64,000 nucleotides of DNA, from contig CAVOQQ010000001.1 in the NCBI GenBank assembly GCA_963698395.1, positions 68,754-132,753 of the forward strand, written 5' to 3'. Numbering within the stretch: position 1 is the first letter of the stretch; every line of letters starts with the position of its first letter. The notes under the pieces are model-generated. The model did not search any database. It was given only the letters and a program-made list of their open reading frames with translations, and was not told the DNA's origin. This DNA comes from an uncultured Acidimicrobiales bacterium (GTDB taxonomy: Bacteria > Actinomycetota > Acidimicrobiia > Acidimicrobiales > SZUA-35). Below are positions 37,497-47,028 of the stretch, piece after piece. Made by a program: the position numbers and the translations under genes.

Positions 37497-39110
37497 TCAC
37501 GTGCTGGTGGTCACTCGCAAGGTGTTGTCTTCGATCACGACGAGACGGCCTTCGGCCACCGCGAGGTAGAGGTACGACTGGTCCCGCTCGCCCAGCCCTT
37601 CGACCTGACCACTCCATGCGACATCACCGTCGGCGAGCGCATGCGCCGAGACCATCCCGTTGCGCCCGACGACGTACACCGTGTCGCCGGCGATCGCGAG
37701 CTGCCCCCAGTCGATTGCGGTCGATGTCGCAACGCTCCACCGCAGTTCCCCGGTTGCGATGTCACGGGCTTGCAGCGCACCGCTCGAACTGCTCAGCTGC
37801 ACGAACTGCTCACCATCGCTTGCGATGTCGGAGACCCACCGTTCCTGAACCTGCCAGACCTCTGCGCCGGTCGTGGCATCGATGCCCGTGACCGTTTCGA
37901 AGTCCTCATCGACCGTCATCAAGATCCCGCCGTCGAGGTGTTCGACCCGATCCCGGTTGATGTCGTCGGCAGTCCACACGACCTCACCGGTCTGGAGGTC
38001 GATCGAGGTGACGGAATCCGTGTCAGCCAGTATCGCGACCGTCTCGTCGAGATACAGCCACGGAACGACGGTGGTCGTCGGGTCGAAGTGCGACCAACGA
38101 GTCTCACCGGTGTCGAGGTCCACCGCAGCGAGGAACGAGCTGCTGTCACGACTGGATCCCACCAGCAAGGCCAGGCCGCGCTCGATCGAGAGAGCGTGCG
38201 GGACGAGGTTTTGGGCGAGCTCGAACTCGGTGTAGGGCGAATCGTCGGGGATATCGGTGAAGAGGTCACCGATCGCGACCGACTGGATGAGCGCCCCACT
38301 CGAACGCTCGAGTACTCGGAGTTCCGGCCCGCGATCGTTGACCACGGTGGCGACGGTCTTCCCGGTCAGCACGATGTTCGTGCAGCACGTCCCTGCCGCT
38401 TCATCGCTCCACACGAGCTCGCCCGATTCGGCGTCGTAGGCCACGAGCTGGAAGAGGCGGTCGCCCGAGGGCACCACCGAGTAGACCAGACCCCCGCCCG
38501 CAGCGGTTCCGGCTCGATCAACCACCTCGGTCTCCCATGCCACTGTTGGCGTCGCGCTCGGCCCAGGGCTGGTGAACAGACCATCGAAGGGACTGATCGG
38601 CGAACCGATCTGGCCGATCTCATCGTCGCCGATCCAGTTCCGCAGATCGGTGTCGGTCCTCGGCACCACGGGCGACAGCGACGTGTCGGTGGCTTCGGCA
38701 TCGATCGTCGTTGCGGCAGACTCCGCGGTCTCATCGGCTGCGGCGGTCGTCGAAGACGTTTCGGCGTCGCGGGTCGTCTCTTCGACGTCGGGCGACGCGG
38801 GGCCGGCCACATCTTGGCCGGGTGATTCGTCGCCGCCTCGTGTGAGCACGATCGCCGTCGCCCCGATCACCACCGCAAGGAGAACCGCAGCGAAGACCAG
38901 GCGGCCCTTCGGGCGGACCACGGCACTGGTCGTCGCTGTCGCTTCCTGTGCCGCCACCGGTTTCGCCGGCTTCGGGGCGTTTGCGGCGATCGTCGGTGTC
39001 GACAGGGGGGCGACGGGGTCGGTCAACGGTGGCGAAGGAGGCGTGGCGACGGCACGCTCGGGCACCACCTCACGCTTCACCGGCTCGACGAGTCCGGCAT
39101 CGTCGACCAC
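37497..39110 (-). CDS. single-pass membrane protein with PQQ-like/BamB-like beta-propeller ectodomain (possibly the C-terminal part of a fusion with the upstream Hsp70-like gene)
   Basis: 537 aa: Pro-rich linker, TM LVFAAVLLAVVIGATAIVL and an acidic/Thr-rich spacer. Repeated blades follow (GELVWSD, GETRWSH, GEVVWTA, GAEVWQV, GELRWSV, GDVAWSG). The listed start is a GTG inside the 30-bp repeat. Confidence 0.75.
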   Translation of the reverse strand: MVDDAGLVEPVKREVVPERAVATPPSPPLTDPVAPLSTPTIAANAPKPAKPVAAQEATATTSAVVRPKGRLVFAAVLLAVVIGATAIVLTRGGDESPGQDVAGPASPDVEETTRDAETSSTTAAADETAESAATTIDAEATDTSLSPVVPRTDTDLRNWIGDDEIGQIGSPISPFDGLFTSPGPSATPTVAWETEVVDRAGTAAGGGLVYSVVPSGDRLFQLVAYDAESGELVWSDEAAGTCCTNIVLTGKTVATVVNDRGPELRVLERSSGALIQSVAIGDLFTDIPDDSPYTEFELAQNLVPHALSIERGLALLVGSSRDSSSFLAAVDLDTGETRWSHFDPTTTVVPWLYLDETVAILADTDSVTSIDLQTGEVVWTADDINRDRVEHLDGGILMTVDEDFETVTGIDATTGAEVWQVQERWVSDIASDGEQFVQLSSSSGALQARDIATGELRWSVATSTAIDWGQLAIAGDTVYVVGRNGMVSAHALADGDVAWSGQVEGLGERDQSYLYLAVAEGRLVVIEDNTLRVTTST

Positions 39111-40303
39111 GGTTCGTCGACTCTGGCATCGTCGACCACCGGTTCGTCGACTCTGGCATCGTCGACCACCGGTTCGTCGACCTCGGTCTCATGGGCCATC
39201 GCCTGGCCTTCGAGTATGTCGGACACCGATGGAGCGACGGCTGCGGCACCCATGGCGACCGCGTGTTTGGGGTGGATGTCCGACAGCACGGGCCGGTTCA
39301 TTCTGCTGGTGAGGATCTGGTTCACGAGCGGGATGCGACTTGTGCCGCCGACCAACAACACGGCATCGATGTCGGACGAGTGCAGCCCTGCCTCGGCAAT
39401 CGTGGTCTCGAGCAAGGTCACGGCATCGGTGACGGCCGGTCGGATCATCGCCTCGAACTCGGCTCGGTTGAGCCGAATCTCGGTGTGGTGGTCGGGCAGC
39501 ATCACCGGGATCACGGCAACGGTGTCGTCGGACAGCGCCTCCTTGGCCGCAACACAATCGTGGCGAAGCCGGTCGATCGCCGATCGATTGCTCGGGTTGT
39601 CCTCGATGAGGTCGAAGTCGATGCCGACCGTGGTCATGACGTGCCGCAAGATGCCCTCGTCGAAATCGATACCGCCGAGTTGTTCGAGTCCTCTCGCCTG
39701 ACCGACGAGCTCGAACTCTGCGTCCGTTCGCTTCAGGACGGCGGCATCGAAGGTTCCGCCGCCGAAGTCGAAGACGACGATCGTGTCGCCGGCCTCGATG
39801 CTGTGCTCGCCGAGGTAGTGCCGGGCTGCGGCCACCGGCTCGGCGAGGATCTGTCCCGTTGGCAGCCCCGCCAGCTGGAAGACCTGGCCGAATCGCTCGA
39901 GTTTGTAGGGTCCCCAGTTGGCTGGATGGGTGAGAATGACCTCGTCGGGCGGCTCGCCCTCCGATGCCGTGACGACGGCGACGATCTGTTGCAGCATCGC
40001 ACCCATCAGCGCCTCCGCCGATCGTGGCTTGCCGCCAACGATCAGCGGTACGGGATCGCCGAGACGACGCTTGAATTCGCGTGCGACGTTGGCCGGGTCG
40101 GTGGCGCCACGTCGCTCCGCCGCTGCCCCGATCAGGATCGTGTCGTCATCGAGCAGAGCGACGACGGACGGAATCTCGGCGGTCCGCACACCGAGCCGCG
40201 CCATCTCGACGGAACGCTCAGTGGTGGTCCCGTCAGCATCAGTCCGAGCAATTGCGGCTGCCGACCACGTGGTTCCGAGGTCGACCCCAAGCCGGTACGT
40301 CAT
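39077..40303 (-). CDS. Hsp70/actin-fold ATPase-domain protein without substrate-binding domain
   Basis: ATG 40303 behind GGAGGGGAG. MTYRLGVDLGTTWSAAAI, VVFDFGGGTFD and LLVGGTSRIPLV. The protein ends in VDEPVVDDAR repeats. The stop at 39077 is reached only after the 1-nt-short repeat. Confidence 0.75.
   Translation of the reverse strand: MTYRLGVDLGTTWSAAAIARTDADGTTTERSVEMARLGVRTAEIPSVVALLDDDTILIGAAAERRGATDPANVAREFKRRLGDPVPLIVGGKPRSAEALMGAMLQQIVAVVTASEGEPPDEVILTHPANWGPYKLERFGQVFQLAGLPTGQILAEPVAAARHYLGEHSIEAGDTIVVFDFGGGTFDAAVLKRTDAEFELVGQARGLEQLGGIDFDEGILRHVMTTVGIDFDLIEDNPSNRSAIDRLRHDCVAAKEALSDDTVAVIPVMLPDHHTEIRLNRAEFEAMIRPAVTDAVTLLETTIAEAGLHSSDIDAVLLVGGTSRIPLVNQILTSRMNRPVLSDIHPKHAVAMGAAAVAPSVSDILEGQAMAHETEVDEPVVDDARVDEPVVDDARVDEPWSTMPDSSSR
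39092..39180 (-). repeat. 30-bp in-frame tandem repeat x3, one copy 1 nt short
   Basis: Units encode VDEPVVDDA(R/G). 39121-39150 and 39151-39180 are identical 30-mers. The 39092-39120 copy lacks one C (gaccacggtt versus gaccaccggtt). Confidence 0.9.
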
Positions 40304-40410
40304 CGCAGATCTCCCCTCCGCCGCCTTCTGTACTAGCACGCCAGGTCGACGGCGTCTCGCTGCCAATCGGTCGACCGGCCGCATCATCAGCTGATGGCTA
40401 GGCTTCGTCG

Positions 40411-41118
40411 ATGGCGAGTCTCGACTGGTTTCCCGAGGACTGGGCGTCGGCGTTGGCTGTCGTTGCTCACCCCGACGACATGGAATATGGCGCAGCTGCT
40501 GCGGTGGCGAGGTGGACCGGCCAGGGCAAGCGTGTGGCGTATGTTCTGGTGACCGACGGTGAGGCCGGCATCTCGAGCATGGACCCGGAAGAAGTCGGCC
40601 CGCTGCGACGGGCTGAGCAGATCGAAGCGTGTCGCTCGGTCGGGGTCGACGTGGTCGAGTTCCTCGGTATGCCCGACGGACTGTTGGTCGAAGACTTGGC
40701 GCTTCGCGCTGCGTTGTGCTCCACGATTCGCCGTCATCGTCCCGAGGTGGTGTTGTCGATCAACTTCCGGGACTCGTGGGGTGGTCCCAGCTGGAACCAT
40801 CCGGATCACCGGGCGGTCGGCCGATCGTTGCTCGACGCGGTGCGCGATGCCGCCAATCCCTGGGTGTTTCGCGACGGCGGTGACCCATGGGATGGCGTCC
40901 GATTCGTTGCGTTCTCGGGAAGCCCTCAAGCCACCCACGGTGTCGATGTCAGCGACACGTTCGCCGCCGGGGTCGAGTCGCTGTCGTGTCATCGGGTCTA
41001 CCTCGACAATCTCGACGGTGACATGGCCTCACCCGACGCGTTCCTCCGGGGACCAGCGGCGTCCGCCGGCGAGATCATGGGTGTCGGCCTCGCCGCCACG
41101 TTCGAGATCGTCGGATAA
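40411..41118 (+). CDS. PIG-L/LmbE-family deacetylase
   Basis: Intact 235 aa with AHPDDMEYG and HPDHRAVG. Confidence 0.8.
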   Translation: MASLDWFPEDWASALAVVAHPDDMEYGAAAAVARWTGQGKRVAYVLVTDGEAGISSMDPEEVGPLRRAEQIEACRSVGVDVVEFLGMPDGLLVEDLALRAALCSTIRRHRPEVVLSINFRDSWGGPSWNHPDHRAVGRSLLDAVRDAANPWVFRDGGDPWDGVRFVAFSGSPQATHGVDVSDTFAAGVESLSCHRVYLDNLDGDMASPDAFLRGPAASAGEIMGVGLAATFEIVG

Positions 41119-41149
41119 CTCGAGACGCACCAAGCGTCCGCCGGATCAA

Positions 41150-41390
41150 CAAGCTGGTCCCGGCAGCGTCGGTCTCTTCGTCGACAACTCCTCGACGAAG
41201 TCTGCCAATGGTGGTTCATCGACAACGCCTCGTCCGGCAGATCGACCAGTTCCTTGTCGTACGCAGGGCGGCTCCTGATCCGTGGCAGCTCGTCGGGCGG
41301 ACCGCACTGACACCACGTATCGTTCGGGTGGGTGACACTCGGTGACGTGTTCCCATGGTGCCGGATTCGATGCCCCTCGTCTCGAGGTCA
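41150..41390 (-). pseudogene. GNAT acetyltransferase fragment, paralog of 46344..46991
   Basis: About 41236-41310 resembles 46604-46680 at nucleotide level. Minus-strand CQCGPPDELPRIRSRPAYDKELVDLPD compares with CQFGPPDELPRIKSRAAYEKGLVDLPD. The flanks are unreadable. Confidence 0.45.
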
Positions 41391-42578
41391 GCGCACTCGT
41401 GTTCGCAGCGTCCGATGATCGAGTCTGCGGAGCGTTGCCTCGACTGCGATGGCGAGCGTGATCAGGCAGACGAAGAGCCACCGGGTGGCCGGTGACGCTT
41501 CGAGGAGTGAGAGGCCGACCGCTCCAGTGCTCAACACGGCGGCGAGGACGACAAGGGTGGTGTTCGCCTTGGTCCGGTCGATGATGCGGAGGTGTCCAAC
41601 GTGGACGACGGCGTGGACGGTGAGGATCGAGAGAGCGCCGAGAATGGCGATCTGGCCGAGATCGAACGCGACGGCGAGGAGGCAGATGGCGGTCGCGCTG
41701 AGGAGAAGGCCTTCTCGGCTGTGGGCGATGGGGCAGCCGAAGGCGCCGGGGAGTTCGCCGTCCTTGGCCATCTGGTAGGTGACGTTGGTGACGGCGTACA
41801 GACTGGCGTTGATGGCCGATGCGGTGGCGATCAGTGCGGTGATCGAAACCATGATGAACCCGGCCGATCCGAAGACCGGGCGGGCAGCCTCTGCAAGTGC
41901 GTTCTCGCGGGCTGCGGTGACTTCGCCGGCGGTGAGCGTTCCGAAGACGGTCACGGAGATCAGTACGTAGAGGGCCATGACCAAGACGATTGCGGTGCTG
42001 ATGGCACGGGGGATGGTTCGCTCGGGATCGACGACGTCTTCTGCGGCGTTGGTGACCACTCTGAACCCTTCATAGGCAAAGAACGTGATGGCGACACTGG
42101 AAAGGATCGAACCGGCTGCGGGGTAGCTGCTCGGTGCGAGCAGGCTGGGGTCGAGGGCAGTGAGCCCACCGATGGCAAGAATCAGCAGCACGGTGAACTT
42201 GATCACGACGATGACGAGTTCGGCGCGGGCGACGCTTGCCGATCCGTCCAGGTTCACGGCAACGAACAGCACCATGACACCGACAGCGAAGAATGCGGCT
42301 GCGGTTGGGGAGCCGTCGGTGAGAAGGCCTGACGCGTAGGTGCCGAAGGTCTTGGCGACCAATGAGAGTGACACGAGTGCGGCGAGGTACATCATGACGC
42401 CCATGGCGCCGGCGAAAACGTTGTTGCCCCAGCCGTGGACCAGGTACTCGACGATTCCCCCGGCAGAGGGATACCGGGCACCGAGTCGGGCTGCGGCGCG
42501 AGCCGCGTCGGATGACTGGGTTGTTGGGCCGACTCGTGTTCGTCGCTGACGATCCTCCTGCTCGAAGCCGATGGCCAC
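41388..42578 (-). CDS. APC-family amino acid permease, apparently lacking the first ~60 aa
   Basis: 396-aa ORF with about 10 TM. ARYPSAGGIVEYLVHGWG normally follows TM2 of APC permeases. No TM-like reading exists in any frame of 42579-42697. Confidence 0.55.
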   Translation of the reverse strand: MAIGFEQEDRQRRTRVGPTTQSSDAARAAARLGARYPSAGGIVEYLVHGWGNNVFAGAMGVMMYLAALVSLSLVAKTFGTYASGLLTDGSPTAAAFFAVGVMVLFVAVNLDGSASVARAELVIVVIKFTVLLILAIGGLTALDPSLLAPSSYPAAGSILSSVAITFFAYEGFRVVTNAAEDVVDPERTIPRAISTAIVLVMALYVLISVTVFGTLTAGEVTAARENALAEAARPVFGSAGFIMVSITALIATASAINASLYAVTNVTYQMAKDGELPGAFGCPIAHSREGLLLSATAICLLAVAFDLGQIAILGALSILTVHAVVHVGHLRIIDRTKANTTLVVLAAVLSTGAVGLSLLEASPATRWLFVCLITLAIAVEATLRRLDHRTLRTRVR

Positions 42579-42697
42579 GGTCGAAGGTCACCGTTCGCCG
42601 GTGACGTCGCCGAACGACTTGGTTCCCTCGCACGCCGACTCCGCCCGGCACTGGTCGCCACACCGGGGACCGAAGGCCCTGACGACGATGGTCGAGG

Positions 42698-43495
42698 ATG
42701 AGTCACGATCGAAGGGTGAACATCGTCGGACGTCTCGAGGGAGATACGAGCGGCCGCTCGTTCATGCCCGAGACGGGTGATGGCGACGCCATCCGCCTGA
42801 CCGGTGTCACCGTCATTCGAGGTGGACGGCGCGTCATCTCCGACTTCACCGCCACGGTGCCTGGCGGCGCTGTCGTCGGCTTGCTTGGTCCGAGTGGCTG
42901 CGGCAAATCGACATTGATGCGTAGCATCGTGGGTGTTCAGGCCAACGTCGCGGGCAACGTGACCGTCTTGGGTCATCCGGCTGGGGATCCTCGGCTGCGT
43001 TCCAAGATCGGCTACCGAGCCCAGGAATTGTCGGTGTACGAGGACCTCTCGGTGTTGGAGAACATCGAGTACTTTGCTGCGTTGCTCCGCATCGACGCTT
43101 CGAGGGGCCGATCCGTGCTCGACACGGTCCAGCTCACACCGTTCGGCGACCAGCGCGTCGACCGACTGTCGGGCGGACAGCGGGCCCGGCTCTCGCTCGC
43201 CGTCGCCCTACTGAACCAGCCACCGTTGCTCGTCCTTGACGAACCCACCGTCGGGCTGGATCCGGTGCTCCGCAACGAACTCTGGGAACTGTTCTCGGCG
43301 CTGGCCCGGCAGGGCACCACGCTGCTGGTTTCGAGTCATGTGATGGACGAAGCAGCAAGATGCGAGCGGTTGCTGTTGATGCGCAACGGGCAGCTGCTGG
43401 CCGAGGGCTCACCGGACCAACTCATGCAAGCGACCATGTCCGATTCCGTCGAGGGAGCGTTCCTGGCCCTCATAGCGGGCGGAGCCCATCCGTGA
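42698..43495 (+). CDS. ABC transporter ATP-binding protein (ABC-2/DrrA-like)
   Basis: GLLGPSGCGKSTLMRSIVG, LSGGQRARLSLAVAL and LLVLDEPTVGLD. ATG 42764 is an alternative start. Confidence 0.85.
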   Translation: MSHDRRVNIVGRLEGDTSGRSFMPETGDGDAIRLTGVTVIRGGRRVISDFTATVPGGAVVGLLGPSGCGKSTLMRSIVGVQANVAGNVTVLGHPAGDPRLRSKIGYRAQELSVYEDLSVLENIEYFAALLRIDASRGRSVLDTVQLTPFGDQRVDRLSGGQRARLSLAVALLNQPPLLVLDEPTVGLDPVLRNELWELFSALARQGTTLLVSSHVMDEAARCERLLLMRNGQLLAEGSPDQLMQATMSDSVEGAFLALIAGGAHP

Positions 43496-44229
43496 TCTGG
43501 ACCACGACCATTGCCACGGCGAAGCGGGTGCTGCGCGAGCTACGCCGCGATCACCGAACGGTGATCCTGCTGATCGTGGTTCCCAACGTGTTGTTGGCCC
43601 TGGTCCGATACGCCTTCGATGGTCGTCCCGAAGTCTTCCAACGGTCCGGCCTTCCACTCGTCGGGGTCTTCCCACTGGTGTCGATGTTCTTGGTGGCGTC
43701 GATTGCGATGTTGCGTGAACGACGATCGGGCACGCTGGAACGGTTGATGACGCTACCGACGTCGAAGCTGGGAATCCTGCTTGGCTACGCGACAGCATTT
43801 GGGGTGTTGGCTGTCGTTCAGGCGGCCACGGTGTTGTCGGTCGCCGTGCTCGCCCTCGACCTCGAGGTGGCGGGGCCGGTGTGGCTTGCTGTCGTCGTGG
43901 CCGTGGCAAATGCCCTCTTGGGCATGTCGATGGGGCTGTTCTTCAGCGCGTTTGCCCACACCGAGTTCCAAGCGATCCAATTCATGCCGGCCTTCATCCT
44001 TCCCCAGTTCTTGTTGTGTGGCCTGCTCGTCGCCCGTGCCGAGATGGCGCGGCCGCTGGAGGTGGTGTCGGCGGCGTTGCCGTTGACCTACGCCTACGAC
44101 GCGTTGCGCGCCGTCGCCGACGAACCCAGCCCTGGTGCCGGCCTTGCCGTTGATCTGGCTGTCACGGCGGCCATGGCGGCCATCGCGCTCGCCGCCGGTG
44201 CGGTGACACTTCCGAGGCGCACACCGTGA
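43492..44229 (+). CDS. ABC-2-type transporter permease
   Basis: GTG 43492 overlapping the upstream stop (GTGA). 245 aa, about 6 TM. The first 44 aa of the listed ORF are discounted. Confidence 0.75.
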   Translation: MIWTTTIATAKRVLRELRRDHRTVILLIVVPNVLLALVRYAFDGRPEVFQRSGLPLVGVFPLVSMFLVASIAMLRERRSGTLERLMTLPTSKLGILLGYATAFGVLAVVQAATVLSVAVLALDLEVAGPVWLAVVVAVANALLGMSMGLFFSAFAHTEFQAIQFMPAFILPQFLLCGLLVARAEMARPLEVVSAALPLTYAYDALRAVADEPSPGAGLAVDLAVTAAMAAIALAAGAVTLPRRTP

Positions 44230-44305
44230 GACCCGATACTCCGTTCCGAACCATCGCACGATCAGCCGGAGCTCGACCGTGAGACGACACCGCCGCTCCA
44301 ACAAC

Positions 44306-44851
44306 ATGACCGCAACGGCCGGCGACTCGAAGTCTGGGGCAATCGAACTCGACCAGGTCTCCACGTCGTACATGAGGTGCCCCGCTCGAGTCCATTGCCC
44401 TTCGCGACGTTTCGCTCCAGCTCGACCCTGGGCAGCTGGTGGTGCTGCTCGGACCGAGCGGTTCGGGCAAGACCATCCTGTTGAACCTCATCGGCGCCAT
44501 CGAATCACCATCGTCCGGCAGCATCACGGTCTCCGGGATCGAGGTATCGACCCTCACCGGCGCGTCACTGACCGACCACCGGCGGATCCAAGTCAGGTTC
44601 GTCTTCCAATTCTTCAATCTGGTGCCGACACTCACCGCAGCAGAGAACGTCGAGGTCGTCGCCGAGTTCTCCGGCCCCGACCCCGGCCCTTCAGCAGCGA
44701 CCTGTTCGACTTCGGGATGGCGATCCGTACCAGCACACTCGCGCTGTCCGCCATCGCGATCCTCGGCGTTTCCGGCGTCGCCCAATGGGCCACGGCGCGC
44801 TCGGTTGCCAAGCTCGATATCGCCGGCGTCGTTCGCGAACGCTCCCAGTAG
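44306..44851 (+). pseudogene. deletion remnant fusing an ABC ATPase N-terminus to an FtsX/MacB-type permease C-terminus
   Basis: MTATAGDSKSGAIELDQV and LVVLLGPSGSGKTILLNLIGAIE..FVFQFFNLVPTLTAAENVEVVAEFSG lie in two frames. The reading then jumps to ALSAIAILGVSGVAQWATARSVAKLDIAGVVRERSQ*, an FtsX-like extreme C-terminus. The signature motif, Walker B and nearly all of the permease are absent. Confidence 0.55.
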
Positions 44852-45075
44852 CGCACACCACTTCGTCGACACGGCGAAACCGTTCGTCGTCGGCGTTGTC
44901 GAGGAGCGAGGGACCATGGTCTCTGCCTCGCGGTCCCGCACAGCCATATGTTGATGAGGGAACAGATCATCAGCTCCATCGTTGCCAGAGTTCCCATACC
45001 GTCGCTCCGCTGGCTGATGGTTTGTTGCATCGCCCAACCATCAGTTGCATGCCCAGCACGAGAAAGAGGAGCGCC

Positions 45076-45897
45076 ATGAGGAAGATCGTTGTCGGCTTCG
45101 GAATTCATGATCACAGCAACCGAGCTCTTGAATGGGCGGCCATGCTGGCCGCCCGAACCGGAGCGGGAGTCGCCGTGTTGAACGTCTTCCACCCGGCCTT
45201 CGCCGAGATGTCGCCCGACGTCCACGCTGAACTCGTGGCCGAGCGGCGGCAACAGATCTCACGCATCATGGAGGAGAGCGGGCACGACGATTTCGAGATC
45301 GTCGTCAGGAGTGGTGAGGCGCTCGACGAACTCGTCCGGTTCAGTGAGAGCGTGGCCGCTGATCTCATCGTGGTCGGTCGTCACGAATCGATGGGGCCAG
45401 GCGGATTCGGTGAGGGTGGAGCTGCCGAGTTGCTACTCCGCAAGAGTCACATCCCGTTCCTCGTCGTCCACAACGCATCCTCACTGCCAACCGGTTCTGA
45501 TCCGCTGACGATCGTCGTCGGCGTTGACGGCACGTCGGCCAACGCAGAGTCGGTCAACGGGATCGCTCGACTGGCCGCCGACCTCGAGGCCCGCACGATT
45601 CCCGTCCTCTCGGTCAACACCGGAGCCTCGACGACACGACTCATTCATGGAGCACATCTACTGCACCAGGACGAAGCACAGGCCATTGCCGAAGCCCTAC
45701 CGAACAGCGAGCCGATCGAGATCCTCAACGAGGGCCCAGTGCATGGACTGCTCGATGCTGCCACGAACTGGAACGCCGACCTCATCGCGATCGGCACCCA
45801 CGGCCATCACAGTTTCACCGACCTCTTCTCAGGACAGATCTCTCGCCACGTCATCGATCATGCAACCACCCCCGTGCTGATCGCCCCACATCACTGA
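45076..45897 (+). CDS. tandem universal stress protein (UspA family)
   Basis: ATG 45076 behind AAGAGGAG. 273 aa with two USP halves (DLIVVGRHE..; DLIAIGTHGH..GQISRHVIDHATTPVLIAP). Confidence 0.8.
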   Translation: MRKIVVGFGIHDHSNRALEWAAMLAARTGAGVAVLNVFHPAFAEMSPDVHAELVAERRQQISRIMEESGHDDFEIVVRSGEALDELVRFSESVAADLIVVGRHESMGPGGFGEGGAAELLLRKSHIPFLVVHNASSLPTGSDPLTIVVGVDGTSANAESVNGIARLAADLEARTIPVLSVNTGASTTRLIHGAHLLHQDEAQAIAEALPNSEPIEILNEGPVHGLLDAATNWNADLIAIGTHGHHSFTDLFSGQISRHVIDHATTPVLIAPHH

Positions 45898-45935
45898 ATC
45901 TGAACTGATTCCGACAAACGAAACCCGAGACGACC

Positions 45936-46208
45936 ATGAGCAACCAACCCGAACCCGGTTCCCTTGCCCTCCACCTGGGCCATCTGGCCGCTGACGCCGA
46001 CGATCTCGAGGCGATGCTCACTCGCCACCACGAGGAAGGCGGCGACATCCACCCCGAAGCACTGGGCAAATCCCAGCAGCTCGCCACCAGCTTGCGGAAG
46101 GTCATCCGTGCCTTGACCGAGCACGAGCACCTCGCCATCGGTGCCGACGACATCTGGACGGCGCTGACCGTCGAACACGAAAACCACGACCCCGGCACCA
46201 TCAGTTGA
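45936..46208 (+). CDS. hypothetical acidic protein
   Basis: 90-aa ORF 38 nt after the usp gene. No SD-like sequence and no family. Confidence 0.35.
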   Translation: MSNQPEPGSLALHLGHLAADADDLEAMLTRHHEEGGDIHPEALGKSQQLATSLRKVIRALTEHEHLAIGADDIWTALTVEHENHDPGTIS

Positions 46209-46343
46209 GTGCCGGGAGTCGACCAGCGATGAGCCGGAGGCGTCGGAACTGGTCGGATGCACGCCGGCGAGAAGGCTCGAGATAGCCGTCGTTCGGAGCG
46301 ATCGAGCCCATGACCGGGTGCGGTCGCCGAGCGGCAACGCGGT

Positions 46344-46991
46344 TCAGCTGTCCCGCTGGTTGGGTGGGACTTCGATGGTGACGACCCAGCGGTGCTTGCC
46401 GATCTTGCGGTCGCGAGTGAACCCGAGCGCCTCATAGGTCGACAACGCCCCGTTGTAGAGGAACCCGGCCGGTACCGATTCGGCCGATTCGGGGTAGCCC
46501 TCCACCGTGCCACCACCGAGCTCGGCGATCAGATCGAGCGCCCCGTTCAACGCCGCCGTCGCCACTCCCTGGCGCCGATGGCCTTTGCCGACATAGTTGC
46601 AGGCGATCCGCCAGTCCGGCAGATCGACCAGTCCCTTCTCGTAGGCCGCGCGGCTCTTGATCCGTGGCAGTTCGTCGGGCGGACCGAACTGGCACCAACC
46701 CACACAATCGTCACCGTCGAAGACGAGAGCGGCGTGGGCGGTCCCTGCCATGACGCGGTCTCGTTTCCGTTCCCGTTTGCGTTCGACCGGGATGCCCTTG
46801 TCGCCGCCCTCGGGGTGAAACCCCAGACACCAGCAGCCACCGAAGATGCCGTTGTTGGCCTCGACCAACGCCGCAAACGCCGGCCAGGTCGACTCGTCGA
46901 GCGCTTCGATGGTGAATTCTCGTGCCTCCACGTGATCGAGTCTCGCGCAGCCGCTACGCCCTCGACCACTGGCCCGCAACGAGGACGGCAA
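46344..46991 (-). CDS. GNAT-family N-acetyltransferase
   Basis: FGGCWCLGFH and VGKGHRRQGVATAALNGALDLI. The start is uncertain (46991 or internal). Confidence 0.75.
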   Translation of the reverse strand: MPSSLRASGRGRSGCARLDHVEAREFTIEALDESTWPAFAALVEANNGIFGGCWCLGFHPEGGDKGIPVERKRERKRDRVMAGTAHAALVFDGDDCVGWCQFGPPDELPRIKSRAAYEKGLVDLPDWRIACNYVGKGHRRQGVATAALNGALDLIAELGGGTVEGYPESAESVPAGFLYNGALSTYEALGFTRDRKIGKHRWVVTIEVPPNQRDS

Positions 46992-47028
46992 GCGCCGTGA
47001 AGCTGCTCGTCCGGGAGGGCGCTCGCGG

